The position numbers were made by a program, and so were the translations under genes. A stretch of 64,000 nucleotides of DNA from Octopus sinensis (lineage: Eukaryota). The stretch spans positions 176,700,001 to 176,764,000 of the forward strand of contig NC_042998.1 in NCBI RefSeq assembly GCF_006345805.1, in the 5' to 3' direction. Positions 27,039 to 40,378 of this stretch are shown piece after piece. Below the pieces are notes generated by a model. That model was given only the letters and a program-made list of their open reading frames with translations. It was not told the origin of the DNA and searched no databases. The stretch's first letter is position 1; every line of letters begins with the position of its first letter.

Positions 27039-28140
27039 TGTCACTACTCAGTTTTTGTGTACAATCATTTAATCAATGAAAAACGTGTATTTGTGTATAA
27101 AACATCTCTCACTACAATGCAAATAGCATATAATTATCATAATCATGATCAGGATATGTTGTGTAAAGAGTGCAATGATAAATATCAAGTATGCCAGGAA
27201 CAAGCAGCAGCAACCAGCTGTAATACCATGGAGAAACAGATTTACTCAACCAAAAACTTTTGTATGATAATATCAAGATGCTAAGAAGTGAAGAAGCATC
27301 TATTTACATTTTTGATGCTGCAAAACACATCGTAAAAGTGTATATTTTTATTTCAGAAATGTTCTAACCCAAATCTGGGGCCCCCAGAGTAACTTCTGAA
27401 GTTACAGCAATAATAACTCCAAAAGTCTCATTCAACCCTGCTGGCATGGAAAAGCAGATGCAATGATGAGGATGAAGATGGTGATGATGATGATGATACA
27501 CTCTATAATGTGGTGCATAATGAACAGAGACAAATTAGGATGGAAGGATTCTTTAGTCATGTCGAGGACATGACAACCTCTTTAGAATTGGTGCCATGAT
27601 GAACTACACAGTTGTGAAAACTATGCTGAAGCTTGAACTTATGAGTGAGATCTGATCTTCTGATACCTTTAGACGAGCAGCAACTCCAATTAAGAATTGA
27701 CTCAAACTTACAAACATGCATGTAGTTGACAGTGACCAAGTTCATTTCATGAGAATTTATTTGACAGTTTCAATAAGCCTAGGGAAACTTCATGTCACAA
27801 TCAACTCTATACATAATAAACTTGACTACTTCTATTGAATAATTTTATTGGTTACTTGTTGTTAATCGAGAATTGAGGTATTTATTCCTGTCCTTGGGCT
27901 TTTCAATTTCATATCAATACCCCCACCACACACAAAACAAAAAAACAGAAACAAAGAAAAAGAATTTAAGAAATAAATGGTTAGCTATTTGAGCAAGTCA
28001 CACACTAAATTCCAAAGAGCATTATGTAACTTGCAGTTTGCCAAAATTTGATATAGTAGTATAAACAGATGATTATATTAATCATATAATTTGTAGTATT
28101 TACAAATCAAATCTACTTAAACATGTAGCTTACTTAATCA

Positions 28141-28545
28141 GAAACGTGAGCACGCCGGGCGAAATGCTTAGCGGTATTTCGTCTGCCATTATGTTCTGAG
28201 TTCAAATTCTGCTGAGGTCAACTTTGCCTTTCATCCTTTCAGGGTCAATTAAATAAGTACCAGTTACGTACTGGGGTTGATATAATCAACTTAATCCGTT
28301 TGTCTGTCCTTGTTCATCCCCTCTGTGTTTAGCCCCTTGTGGGTAGTAAAGAAATAGGTATTTTGTCTGCCATTATGTTCTGAGTTCAAATTCTGCCGAG
28401 GTTGACTTTGCCTTTCATCTTTTTGGGGGTCGAAAAATTAAGTACCAGTTACGCACTGGGGCTGATGTAATCGACTTAATTCTTTTGTCTATCCTTGTTT
28501 GTTCCCTCTATGTTTGGCCCCTTGTTGGCAATAAAGAAATAAGAA
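28141..28545 (+). mobile_element. Head-to-tail tandem dimer of SINE family B
   Basis: The second unit starts at the internal GGTATTT.GTCTGCC directly after AGAAATA. Confidence 0.9.
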
Positions 28546-29819
28546 ACTGAAACTATCCAATTCCTGTTACAATTGTCAGTCTCTTAGTATTGTATATTGA
28601 CTTCTTAGATTAACATCTGACCACAAATGCAATAAAAGGGCATCATTAATGGTATCAAAGAAAGTAGAGTGTCTACTGACTTTTACAGAAACTAACAAAC
28701 TAATGTGGCTGATAATGTTCAATCTGAACATCTACAAGAAAAGCAAGAGCATAAAAAGAAGCTGAAAACTAAGACCCGCTCTGAATGGTTGCAATAAAGT
28801 GATATGCGCTAAAAACAGCCAAAGAGAAATTGAAACAGAGTGAAACCTACTAATGGTAACCCGAGGGCCTTGAAATAAAGGGAATGAAGTAAAGTTAGTG
28901 TGAGGGCCCCAAAATAGAGTGAGGTCTAATAGCAAACTGAAAGCCCTGAAACAAAGGGAAGTTTGTTAAAAGTACCCAGGTTAAATGATGGTATTAAACA
29001 AAGGGGTTTGTTGATGAATGAACAATTGTCAACTAAGGTTTGATCTGAACATGGAATGTAAAGAAGCATAAGAAAATACTGCAAGTCATAAAAATAATAT
29101 CTACTGATTGTGCCATTCCACTAATTCATTCCCTACTGCCTGCATCCCACCAACAACAGCTCTCTTTCTGTGCCACACCACATTCATCATTTGTGCCACT
29201 GTAATACCTCACTACCTATCTTTCAAACTATTACACTGTGTGCCACACTTCATCTACTTTCTTGTTGTGCCATTCCACCACTACCTTTCTCACCATTATA
29301 ATGTACAACACCTGTCTTACAATAAGTATTGTGATACACCTATACCACCACCACCACACCTTCCTCACAATAATAATGGACTACTTCACCAATGCCACCA
29401 CCATCTTCTGACACTCCATCCACTTTTCTCACAGCACTGCTCTACTCTCACCACAATACAAGATATTGGTTTATTATCACTGGCCGGGAAACCACAACAA
29501 ATATTTCCTATGTATTAATTTTTAACTTGTAATAATTATCTCCATGAATAGACAATCTAAGTTTTTTAAGATTTTGAAAAGGTTTAGCAACATATCTGCA
29601 ATTTTATATATTACTGCATAATATTCTAGTGTTAAGATTTTGGTCAAAATCTGATTTTAAATATGAAGGCCTTAGTATGAGTGATTAGTCTGAAGCAGAT
29701 TGGTACTCCGATGGTTAACTGTAGAGTTGAACAGATCTGTATCACTGAGACTCCACAATAATATCAAATTAAAACTGTAATTCATCATCATCACTATCAC
29801 CACCACCGCTACTGTCGCC

Positions 29820-30010
29820 ACCACCACCACCATCAGTTAATGTCTATTGCCCATGCTGACATGGGTTAGATGGTTTGAACAGAGCCAGCAAGCTGGGAAG
29901 CTGCACCAGACTCCAGGCATGGTTTCTATGGCTGCAATGCCCTTCTTAATGCCAACCACTTTACAGAGTGAGCTGGGTGCTTTTATGTGGCATTGCACAG
30001 GCATTTTTAC
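29820..30010 (-). mobile_element. Family C repeat, diverged
   Basis: CCCATGCTGACATGGGTT...GCCCTTCTTAATGCCAACCACTTTACAG...GGTGCTTTTATGTGGC. Confidence 0.7.
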
Positions 30011-30594
30011 ATGGCACTTGTATGTGATCCTGCCATGTGTGCTTTTCACCACAAGAGGGACTGGTCTTAACACTTCTGCTGTGGAGTACAAGAAGGCATC
30101 TCAGTCCCTTGTCATCTCGCTTGAAAGGTTCAGCCTCCTGAAGTCATTCTTCAGTACTTCATAAAGTCCTTCAAAACCTATTTTTGGTGGTTTATAATGG
30201 AAAGGGGGTTTAAGATTGATGGGGACAAAAGGAGGAAGTCATCATACTGGAGACCTGGCATGAAATGAATAGAGCAAACTCCATTAAAGGCACCAAGGGC
30301 TAAACGATAGTGTTCAACCAGGCAACAAGTTAACTCTACTATCAAAAACAGGACATGTATCTCTGACAGGCTTCCATGTAGTTTCCAACTACAAAATTTC
30401 ACTCACAAAGATTCAGCCATCTCAAGCTGCTGTAGAAGACACATGCCTAAATTTCATGCAGTGGGATTGAACCTGGAACTACATAATTACAAAGTGGACG
30501 TCGTAGGAATGCTAGGGTCTATGAGTTGGTGCCTGCCCCCACTTCCAAACTGAAATACAGAAGACCACCAATGTTTGTACTCAAAAACACTTTT

Positions 30595-30768
30595 GCTACG
30601 TTCTGAGTTCAAATTCCGTCGAGGTCGACTTTGCCTTCCATCCTTTCGGGGTCGATTAAATAAGTACCAGTTACACACTGGGGTCGATATAATCGACTCA
30701 ATCCGTTTCTCTGTCCTTGTTTATCCCCTCTGTGTGTAGCGCCTTGTGGACAGTAAAGAAATAAGAAA
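30595..30768 (+). mobile_element. 5'-truncated SINE family B
   Basis: ACGTTCTGAGTTCAAATTCCGTCGAGGTCGACTTTGCC...AAAGAAATAAGAA. Confidence 0.85.
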
Positions 30769-31304
30769 CACTCTCTGACAAGGTACTATCATTCTCAACA
30801 ACAGTAATTTTGAATTCTTTCTTTTTCTTTTACCATCTACTTTGACTGACACAGTCTTGCTTACACTACATCTTAATAAAACCACAAATGACACAAATTC
30901 AATCATAAGTTTTTTCAATCAATAGTTATCTGGGATTAAACAATAGCAATAACTAAATCTCTGCTTCATTTTCCCCATTCTCTCTACCATTCTAATGTGA
31001 TGTGATATTAAGAAAACTAGAAGCTAACATACTCTAATGCTTAGTTATTATATCAAAAATAACCTACCCAGAATTAGATTGCAAAAGTAGTAATTCAAAC
31101 TCTTTTTTCAGATAATGGGATGGAACACAAAAATCAGATGCAATGCCAATATGCAGGGGATGATATATTTTTGATCAGAAATTCTAATAATAATTTCTAT
31201 GAGTAACAGAGGTTTAGTAAAACAGTCAGTTGATTTTACAAAAGAAGCATATACTGCCTGGGAATGGTTCAGGTTACCTACTTCTAAGTATGAAGGAATT
31301 TTAC

Positions 31305-31490
31305 TTAGTGTCATGTAAAAAGCACCCAGTACACTCTGTAAAGTGACTGGTGTTAGGAAGGGCATCAAGCTGTTGAAACCAAACCAAAACAGATTATGGA
31401 AAATAGTGCGGCCCCTGGTCTTTCCAGTTCCTGAAAAGCCAGCATGGAAAACATATAATGAATGATGATGATGATGATGATGATGATGTC
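31305..31490 (+). mobile_element. Family C repeat with (GAT)n tail
   Basis: TAAAAAGCACCCAGTACACTCTGTAAAG..GTTAGGAAGGGCATC...GCATGGAAAAC..GATGATG. Confidence 0.75.
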
Positions 31491-31789
31491 TTCATGCATC
31501 ACCTTCCTACTGTTTCCTTATCCTTAACCCTTTTCATACCAACCCACCGCAGACTGCTCCTGGTTCTAATATATAAACTTTACTGTTTTATATTGATTTA
31601 AATTAAACCTTGTATCTTCTGCTTCAAACACCACCCAAACAATCCATTCTATTATAGGCAGAATGGTTTGAAATTTGCAGGGGAGTCTAGTTGATCACAT
31701 GCAACTGGTACCTATTTCACTGACCCTAAAAAGATGAAAGGCAAAGTCAATCTTGGTTGAACTCAGAATGTAATGGCAGACAAGATGCT

Positions 31790-32103
31790 AGTATAGGCCC
31801 AGATATTCTATTTCATGTTCAAACTTGCTAGATCTGACCTCTCACACCTACCTTACATTGTCATTACAAAAACAAACAACCAAATCATCAAAATTTCAAA
31901 GCTATGAGATAATACATGATACCTGCTTTACGTTCAAACTGGTCAGATCCAGTCTTTCACACATATCCTACTATGTCATTCTAAAGATATACAATCACAT
32001 TATCAAAATGCTGAAGCTACAAGATAATGTATGATTAATTCAAAATGATATGAATAGATAGGTATAGCATTTGACAGAGTAATCTGAACGCTAAAGGGTC
32101 AAA
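31790..32103 (+). mobile_element. MITE-like 'family E' copy with an internal duplication of about 115 bp
   Basis: Related to 51333-51550 and (inverted) about 40380-40500; ends GCTAAAGGGTCAA; units start GTTCAAACT at 31817 and 31932. Confidence 0.55.
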
Positions 32104-32183
32104 CAACAGCCTAATAATGACAAAGCTTCTGCACAGTTTCCAGTTACAAAATTTCACTAGCAAGGGATTCAGTCTTAATTCTT

Positions 32184-32430
32184 GACTTGACTTGAGACAG
32201 CATTCACCCGGGGTGGGTTGAGCTGGCTTCATTCATCCTCAATGCTGCATCTCTCACAAATGCCGACCAGACCTGGCAATTTGAGGCTAATGACCGCGTG
32301 ATCTCCAACCACTCCTTATTCCAGCGGCGAGCGCCATAGATATGGGGGCCTAGGTTGGGTTCCAGATCAGCCTTGACTGTCATCAGCCAGGTTTTTCGTT
32401 GTCCACCACATCGCTTTCGCCACACCCCTC
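32184..32430 (-). mobile_element. 5'-truncated RTE-like LINE of a second family, with (CAAGT)n tail
   Basis: Open frame WRKRCGGQRKTWLMTVKADLEP...RRWNKEW...LASN.QVW.AFVRDA...STHPG* followed by CAAGTCAAGTCAAG; CTTAATTCTT direct repeat at 32174-32183 and 32452-32461. Confidence 0.75.
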
Positions 32431-33440
32431 ATGTACATCCTTCAAACATTCCTTAATTCTTATTTTACAATATTAATTGAAGCAAAAGCAGTGAATTTCA
32501 ACAGAAATATAATAACAAATTAAAAAAAAAAAAATTCAAAATTGTGTTAGTATGGGTCTGATGGTTTTTGCAAGTGTTGAGTATTTACAAACTGCATGAA
32601 CATTTTTTTTCACAGCTGGATACTTTTCCTACTACAAATCTCTCAACTGGAGTAGTATGACATTTTGTCAGCCCAGTAGACTGAAGCAAGCTGAGTAATG
32701 GTTTGCATTGCATCGTTAGAGCAACGCTATATTCTGTACTACTAATGATCTTCATTAAGCTCAATCCATTTAACTGTAAACAAGTATCAAGAAATTATTA
32801 GAGTGAATGGGATACGATTATTGATATTTAACAAAATATGTTTGCTTTTGGTTTGCAAACCTGAGATGTGTCCTTATGCCCCTGGATGAAACTTAAGATA
32901 AAATGACATTCTTATTCTGTTCCAAATTAAGATTTCAATCAACAGTGCACTCCTCCCTACCATGACCATCAAAATCAACCCCCCGCAAGCCACCACCACC
33001 ACCACCACATCACACTTTATTCCAGGTTGACTGACATCTGCTTCATCAATACCACAAGATATTTCTCCACCCTCAACCATGTGTTGACTGAATCATAAGA
33101 CATGGATGAATAAAGATGAATTATGACAAGTTATAACCATCTTTGTAATTCCAACAAAACTTCAAACAACAACAACAAATCAATAAAAATAATAACAGTG
33201 AGGAACAAAGTTGTTTTCAAATCCAAAAATAAAATGTCAACATAATTTCTAAAAAAAAGACTTAGGAAAAGAAAAACACCAAAATAACAAAAAAAGAAAG
33301 ACAGGCTGACGCTGACAGTGACTCATGACAGAGTAGTAGCTGTATCATCAGTGCAGTGTATGAGAGAAACAATCTAACAGAAACGAAGCTTGTTTTGTTC
33401 AATTAGCTTTAACAGATTATTTATCATCATCACCATCATT

Positions 33441-33472
<32 letters not shown>

Positions 33473-34897
33473 CATTATTATTATTACTATTACTATTATT
33501 ATGCTAGGTCATACTGACATCGCATTGTTTGTCAAAAGCAAACTCAGGTCTAGTGACATCATTGACAAGGTGAGAGCAAACTGAAAAATCTGGTTTTATT
33601 ATATTTATACCCCACCTAAACTATAAACCCCACATCTCATGAGCCAATGAGGAAGCCACTATGTGATTGCTCAATCTGCTAGAAGAAGCCATTAAATCTC
33701 ACTCAAACTACACTGCTATGTTGAAAGACATACTGAAGGTTTCATTGACATAGGAGAAACTGAACTTAGTCTTTTTTTTTTATATGAGTCACCAGTTCCT
33801 TTTTTACTTCCAGCATTATGTAAAGAATGAACTGCTTAGTTGTCCTTCTACAAAGGGCTCTGTAGACAGAGCCTTAATCAGAGCCATTATGTAACATATT
33901 GGGGGTAAATGCTATCAATTCCCCCTCGAAATTGCTATCCTTAAACCTTCGTTAGAAACTATGTTTTACACCAAAACTCATATTTAAACTCTCATAAAAG
34001 AAACAAAAATTCTTCTGTCTCCTACATTGTGAAATAAGCATTATTTCCAGTAATGTTGTTTATTTACTTTAAAACAAAAAGTATTAACAAAAAAAATAAT
34101 TTATAAAATTAAATAAGAATTATGAATTCTACAAAGACATACTAATGAGAACTATTTGGTTATATACAGTTAAGAAAATCAAATCCACATAAGGGTAAAG
34201 ACAACAATAACCCTGTTAACACTATATAGGAGAGCCACAATTATTTCTAAAGAACCATGTGTCAGAATTAGACAAGAAACAGAGAGTGGAGAAGAGAGAG
34301 AGATATTGATTTTGTAGCTTATTTTTATGTATAAGTTATGCATAAAAACAGTCAATTTACAGATCACTCAATACCTTTCTGAATGCATTTGTTTTACTGT
34401 TGCAAGTTTGGCTTTGAAGCCCTCATCAAATTGTTTGGTGATGATTACTAAGCTAAAACTTGTCAGTATTTTTCCATGTTGGTGCATTATGCATGTGCTA
34501 CATGTATCAGTTTGACTAAAGCTTACATGACTAAGTTTCATGGATATGTAGGGCATGTTCATCTCATTGGAGTTGGAGGCAGAGACTACCTCCGAATACT
34601 TGAGATGGGTGCAATCTATGCACCTGCATTCAGCTGTAACTCCAACCATATGTGTTGAGTCAGTGACACTTCATTCTTTGTTAACTAACTTGTGTGTGTG
34701 TGCATTGACGCTTTTGAAACAGACTTGGTTGAAACAACTTCTGGCTTTGTAGTACAAATGTCTTGTTATCAAAAGTTCTGAATTAAAATCTTCCATCCAA
34801 ATTTTAGTCACAATCTAAGTTCCTAACGCTAGCTTAATGTTAACTAGTTCTCCTCTCACTCTCTCTCTCTCACACTATATATATATATATATATATA

Positions 34898-35078
34898 AAA
34901 CGTAAAAAACACCCACTACACTCAGAGTGGTTGGCGTTAGGAAGGGCATCCAGTTGTAGAAACACTGCCAAACCAGACTGGAGCCGGGTGCAGCCTCCAT
35001 GGCTTGCCAGACCCCGGTCGAACCGTCCAACCCATGCTAGCATGGAAAACAGACGTTAAACAATGATGGTGATGATGA
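34898..35078 (+). mobile_element. Young family C repeat
   Basis: CACCCACTACACTCAGAGTGGTTGGCGTTAGGAAGGGCATCCAG...GCATGGAAAACAGACGTTAAACAATGATG. Confidence 0.9.
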
Positions 35079-35181
35079 TATATATAGCTGTGGTAGATAC
35101 TTAATGCTATAAGATTTAGATTATATATATATATATATATATACACACACATATACATATATTGCTTAGGAAGAGAAAGAA

Positions 35182-35224
<43 letters not shown>

Positions 35225-35999
35225 CACATGGTCAAAATACAGAATAGATGAATTAGAATGTGATGTATGAAGCATGTGTGTCTATTTCTTACATAAATCA
35301 TGCCCGAGTATTTTAAAATTTTTCTCTGGTCTAATGTTATTTATAGCCTTCTTCTCACATAAGACGATTTACATTCACACAAACAGCATTTTGATTGCAT
35401 TCCCATTGTTTGTTCCATTTACCTGACATTGACCCTAGTTGACGCAAATATCTCTCTCTCACACGCTAACATAATGCTACAAGTGTCTGCTTATATTCTG
35501 GATGCAATACGTTAATTTAATTTCCTGTCTAGGTAATAATGTGTACATACATCTTGTATTGGTATATTCTGGAGTCTTTTTTCTTTTCCATGGCCTTTAG
35601 TTATAGCTCTAATTATTATTTTTTTGTTTTTAAATTTGGACCACTGATTCTCAACAGCTGTTCCATGGACAACAACTTTTTCAAATTACTCAATGCCCAA
35701 AGTCTTTCAAAGAACAAAACCACATGCTTTGACCAATAAGTGCCAGACTTGAGAAAACAGAAAAAAAAAAAAAATTATAAATACTACATACTAAGATTTG
35801 AACCATCACACTTAAACTTCAGAAATTTTACATTTGGACTGCTCAACCACTGCACTACAATAGTAAAATGTCAAAATTTTATTTGTGAAGTTTATGGTTG
35901 GAGTGTTTTTTATCAAAAAAAAACAAAAAAAACTGAAAGCAATTCTAAAGAACTAGCTTAACTCAAACTTTATCTGGAGAAGTGTCTATTTGACTTGTC

Positions 36000-36640
36000 A
36001 ATAAAGATAGTGATTATTTTTGAGTGGCAGTTGTTATCACTGAAGTGGTAACATCTCAACTCAAAAGGATATTCTATGAAAGAACAAGCAACATCATGAG
36101 TAATTCCTATAGTGTTGCACAGAAAGTTGCACAAAGCACGAAGATTCTTGCAAGCGTATAACAACTTGAGTTACTTTATGCAAAAGAAATATTGGTAAGG
36201 AAACCACAAGGAAGTTGGATAACATATCTGTCTCCAACAACATGTGAGACAAAAGAGAAACTGAGAAGTTAGAAAACAAGGACAACTAAATCATGAACAA
36301 AATAAAAGAAGTCTCCAATATTTGTCATATCATTAGATGAAGCGATTAATATTTTAATGTCCTTTCTCTAAATTATCAATATTTACATGAAGTATCATTG
36401 ACAGAGCCGAGGCAAATCTTTATTGTGTGAGATTATCGAAAACACAACAAAGGCTCAAAGTATGTTGGAAATTGCAAACAATTTCTTTGAAGAGAATAGT
36501 TTGAAAGGGAAAAACCATGTTAATGCTATGCCTGATGGTGCACCAGTCATGCTGTGTTGAAGATCTGGTTGCCAAACAGTTGTGAGAGAGTGTTACAGTT
36601 GAGAGAAGTACTAGCATAAAAATTATTACTTCATAAAATA
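36000..36640 (+). pseudogene. hAT Charlie-type (ZBED5/SCAND3/GTF2IRD2-like) transposase remnant
   Basis: Ordered frameshifted motifs NSYSVAQ, LDNISVSNN, LDEAIN (LDESTD-like), TTKAQ, FFEENSL, DGAPVML (DGAPAM-like), RSG.QTVV. Confidence 0.75.
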
Positions 36641-37514
36641 AACTAAATTGCTTTAAAAGGGTTAGTGAAGTTAGTTAATTACATAAAATTATCAGCTGCA
36701 CAATTAAAATAACTTTGAAGTGTTATTTTAGACCTCTATGTGATAGCAGTCAGTAGGAAGGGTAGTCAATCGAATTTTCCAAGCACGGGGATTGGGGCAG
36801 GGGAGTTATTCTCCATGGGAATGGTGAAGATGAATACTGAAGCTTGCTTGCTTAGAGGGAATATTCCAAATTTTGGACAAGCTGAATCTTTAGTTACATA
36901 GTGAGGTGGAAGGGATATCATGCTCTTGCTTTATGAGGCTGGGGTCATTTTCAGTTTGTGGTCCCATGGGCATCATCATGCATAGAGCTGACCAAATCCA
37001 CCAGTGCCCTCCATCACTGGCAGTGTTGTGCCAGTCCCTCTGCATCTGCCAAGGTAGTGTCAAGCCTCTGGTGATCTTCCCCCAATCATGTCCAGCCATG
37101 TGGTGTGGAACCTGCCATGAGGCTTCTTCCAGCATAGAAAAAGTGATAATTTATTCTCTCAATAACATATAATCAAACATTTCTTGCAAAGTTGAATCTA
37201 TGGATTGAACATTTACTTCAATTTCCAATGTTTTGATGCAAAACCCACAGGAAAGAAGGCTATTCAAAGCAAAATTATCAAATATTTGAAAAACTGAATT
37301 CCAGAACTGTCAAAGGGTGGCATATCCTACACCAGGAGCCATTTTATATCAGATCTTGTCTTGTTGCATGATTGTTGTAAACAAACATCAACATCATACA
37401 AACAGTGTCATCTCCTTTTAATCTTCTATGGAAACTTGTCTAACCTTGGGGAAAATATTTTGCTTGGAGACAGGAGAGGGTTGGCAACAGAAAGAACATC
37501 CAGTTGTAGGAAAT

Positions 37515-38225
37515 TTGCCTGTGGATGCTCGGAGAGAGTAGCCACTAAAATAAGAATAGCCTGGGCAAAGTTCAGAAAGCTCTTACCTCTACTGGTGACA
37601 AAGGGCCCCTTGTTCAGAGTGAAAGTAGATTGTATGTTGCATGTGTGCAAACTGCCAAGCTACATGGCAGTGAAACATGGGCTGTAACTACTGAAGACGT
37701 GCATAGGCTTGAAAGAAATGAAGCTAGTATGATCCGCTGGATGTGTCATGTCAGTGTGCATGCATGACAGAGTGTAAGTGTCCTGAAAGAAATGTTGGAC
37801 ATAAGAAGAATCAGATGTGGCGTGCAAGAGAGAGGACTGTGCTGGTATGGTCATGTGCTGCATATGGATAAGGAGAGCTGTGTGAAGAAGTGTCACTCCC
37901 TAACAGTGGAAGGAACCCGTGGAAGAGGCAGGAAGACATAGGATAAGGTGGTGAAGCATGACCTTCGAACGATGGGCCTCACAGAGACAGTGACGAAAGA
38001 CCGAGACCTCTGGAGATATGCTGTGATTGAAAAGCGCCAGCAAGAAAGTGAGATCACAGCTATAGCCTACACCAGTGTCGCATAACCAGCCCATTTAAAA
38101 AAGTACCTTGGAATCATTTGGCGACATGCTGTGCTTGAGGAGACCTATTGAGTCAAGTAAAATCAAAATCAAATCACAATCAAATGGAAATTGTAGTTGT
38201 GACCAATGCCAGTGCCGCCTGACAG
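37515..38225 (+). mobile_element. RTE LINE, 3' part of ORF plus start of 3' UTR
   Basis: GCSE.VA.KIRIAWAKFR.LLPLLVTKG, LHGSETWAVT.ED.HRLERNEASMIRWMC.VSVH, WYGHVL.MD.ESCVKKCHSLTVEGTRGRGR. Confidence 0.9.
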
Positions 38226-38273
38226 AATTTTTATTCAAGTGTCAATTATTAAAATTCTTTGTAGAAAATTAAT

Positions 38274-38484
38274 TTAACCCTTTCGTTACCAACCCAGCTC
38301 TGGCTCTACAAGTGTCTTGTTTTCATAAGTTTTGCATTAAAATATACCACCAAACCTCAGTTGCAATTTATGTTCCTAACACTTGTTTAATGATAAAGTT
38401 ATTTTACTAAATTCTTTGTTATATTTAAAATAATTGAAAGAAACACAGAGCATTTAAAAATAAATACAGTAACGAAAGGGTTAA
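38274..38484. mobile_element. piggyBac-type MITE family D (opposite orientation to 14261 and 40822)
   Basis: TTAA|CCCTTTCGTTAC...GTAACGAAAGGG|TTAA. Confidence 0.85.
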
Positions 38485-38558
38485 TGATTGCCTCAGCCAG
38501 TATGAGGCCTAAGTTTACAGAAGAGCAGCAGCCATCTTTAAACTATTACTATACTCTA

Positions 38559-38593
<35 letters not shown>

Positions 38594-39154
38594 CTTAATC
38601 TATATAACATATTAAGTAGTCTTTAGTTTGTTCAGGAAACCACTTGTAAATTATTATAATACATGTATAAAGTGAAACTGGTTGGTTAGTGTCTCCAACA
38701 GAAATGAATGATCTATGAAGTAGACCTCCTTAAGATCTGGCAGATAATCAAGTATTTAAGAGACTAAGCAATTGTTGGTTTTAACATATTAAGAGTTTTC
38801 TATTTTGAGATTTACAACTGTTAGAATCTCCAACAAGATCAACATAAATTAAAGTTAAACTCAATTTTTTTTAACTTCATTCCTGTAGTCCAACAATGAT
38901 TTGCACTTTATTCGGGGTTTTTTTTTTGGGGGGGGGGGTTAAAGTTTCTTCCATTCATACACGGCTTAAGTGATACTAATACTGAACTACATTTGGAAGA
39001 TTGCCACCTCTAAATGCACAGCAGTCCTAGACATTCTCAAAAAAAGAAAGAAAAAAAGGGCCATCCAGCTGACTGGTGTGAAGTAATTCACCAACCCTTC
39101 TGATCTATAGGTATGCTATCTCCTCATTTTACCTTTGCTATAACTAATACTATA

Positions 39155-39365
39155 CCTATTTCTTTATTACCCACAAGGGGCTAAACATAGAGGAGACAAA
39201 CATGGACAGACATAAGTATTAAGTTGATTACATCGACCCCAGTGCATAACTGGTACTCAATTTATTGACCCCGAAAGGATGAAAGGCAAAGTCGACCTCG
39301 GCGGAATTTGAACTCACAACATCACAGCAGCCGAAATACCGCTAAGCATTTCGCCCAACGTGCTA
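39155..39365 (-). mobile_element. SINE family B
   Basis: Matches the 15701 copy; lacks the extreme 5' end. Confidence 0.9.
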
Positions 39366-39928
39366 CTAGCAAGTGGCATAATTTCAAACCACTGCCCCTT
39401 ATCCCCATTTCATTTATTCATCTCACTTCCTCTCCAACCCACCCAATAGTGATCCTACAGCCACCAAGTCGTGCATGAGTTACTTTGTCCAGTCCCTTTC
39501 TCTCCAGAACAGCATTCTGCTAAAATTTGCTCCTTGCCTATTTTTTACAGAAGCTGTCAATTTGTAAACCATTCAAGAGATAAATCTCCTCACAGTCTTA
39601 AAAGGCTTGTGAAAGTACAGATCCTTCTTTCAAAAGCTATACAAAGAAAAAAAAATTGCTTTGATACCAGCATTGCTGATTGTTATTATCGGACAAAAGG
39701 CTAGCATCATCGGTGACAAAACAGCCTACATATAGACCAGTGTCTGTATGTGGATTGAACTTTCTCCTAAAAGTACAGGAAAATGCACACAAATAGAATG
39801 TATTTGTTGAAAGAATACTTTTCTCCGCAGCATCAAGCTACACATTGAGTAATAGTGGTTAAATAGATAGCTAAAGACTCATACTTGATGCAGTATTTTG
39901 TCCTTGGTGAACCCTTTACCATTCAGAT

Positions 39929-40156
39929 TACTCTCTGCTTAACTCTTTTACTGGTGTTTCAGTCATTTGACTGTGGCCACGCTGGAGCACCGCCTTTAGT
40001 TGAGCAAATCGACCCCAGGACTTATTTTTTTGTAAGCCTGGTACTTATTCTATTGGTCTCTTTTGCCGAACTGCTAAGTTACGGGGACGTAAACACACCA
40101 GCATCGGTTGTCAAGCGATGTTGGGGAGACAAACACATACACACACACACACACAT

Positions 40157-40218
<62 letters not shown>

Positions 40219-40378
40219 GTATATAATATATACATGACATGCTTCTCTCAGTTTCTGTCTACCAAATCCACTCACAAGGCTTTGGTCGGCCTGAGGTTAT
40301 AGTAGAAGACACTTGCCCAAGGTGCCACGCAGTGGGACTGAACCCGGAAGCTACTTACCACACAGCCACTCCTACGCC
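39929..40378 (-). mobile_element. Full-length SINE family A
   Basis: Matches 13355; small deletion in the tRNA-like head. Confidence 0.9.

Noticed and set aside
27557-27575. Short palindromes (8-bp arms here, at about 53773-53790 and about 63835-63856)
   Set aside because: Expected by chance at this length in 64 kb.
34368-34649. 93-aa minus-strand ORF of normal complexity
   Set aside because: No recognisable domain or convincing splice sites.
36890-37135. ORF with GGHWWIWSAL, faintly like the Tc1 GGSVMVWG motif
   Set aside because: No other catalytic motifs; similarity too weak.
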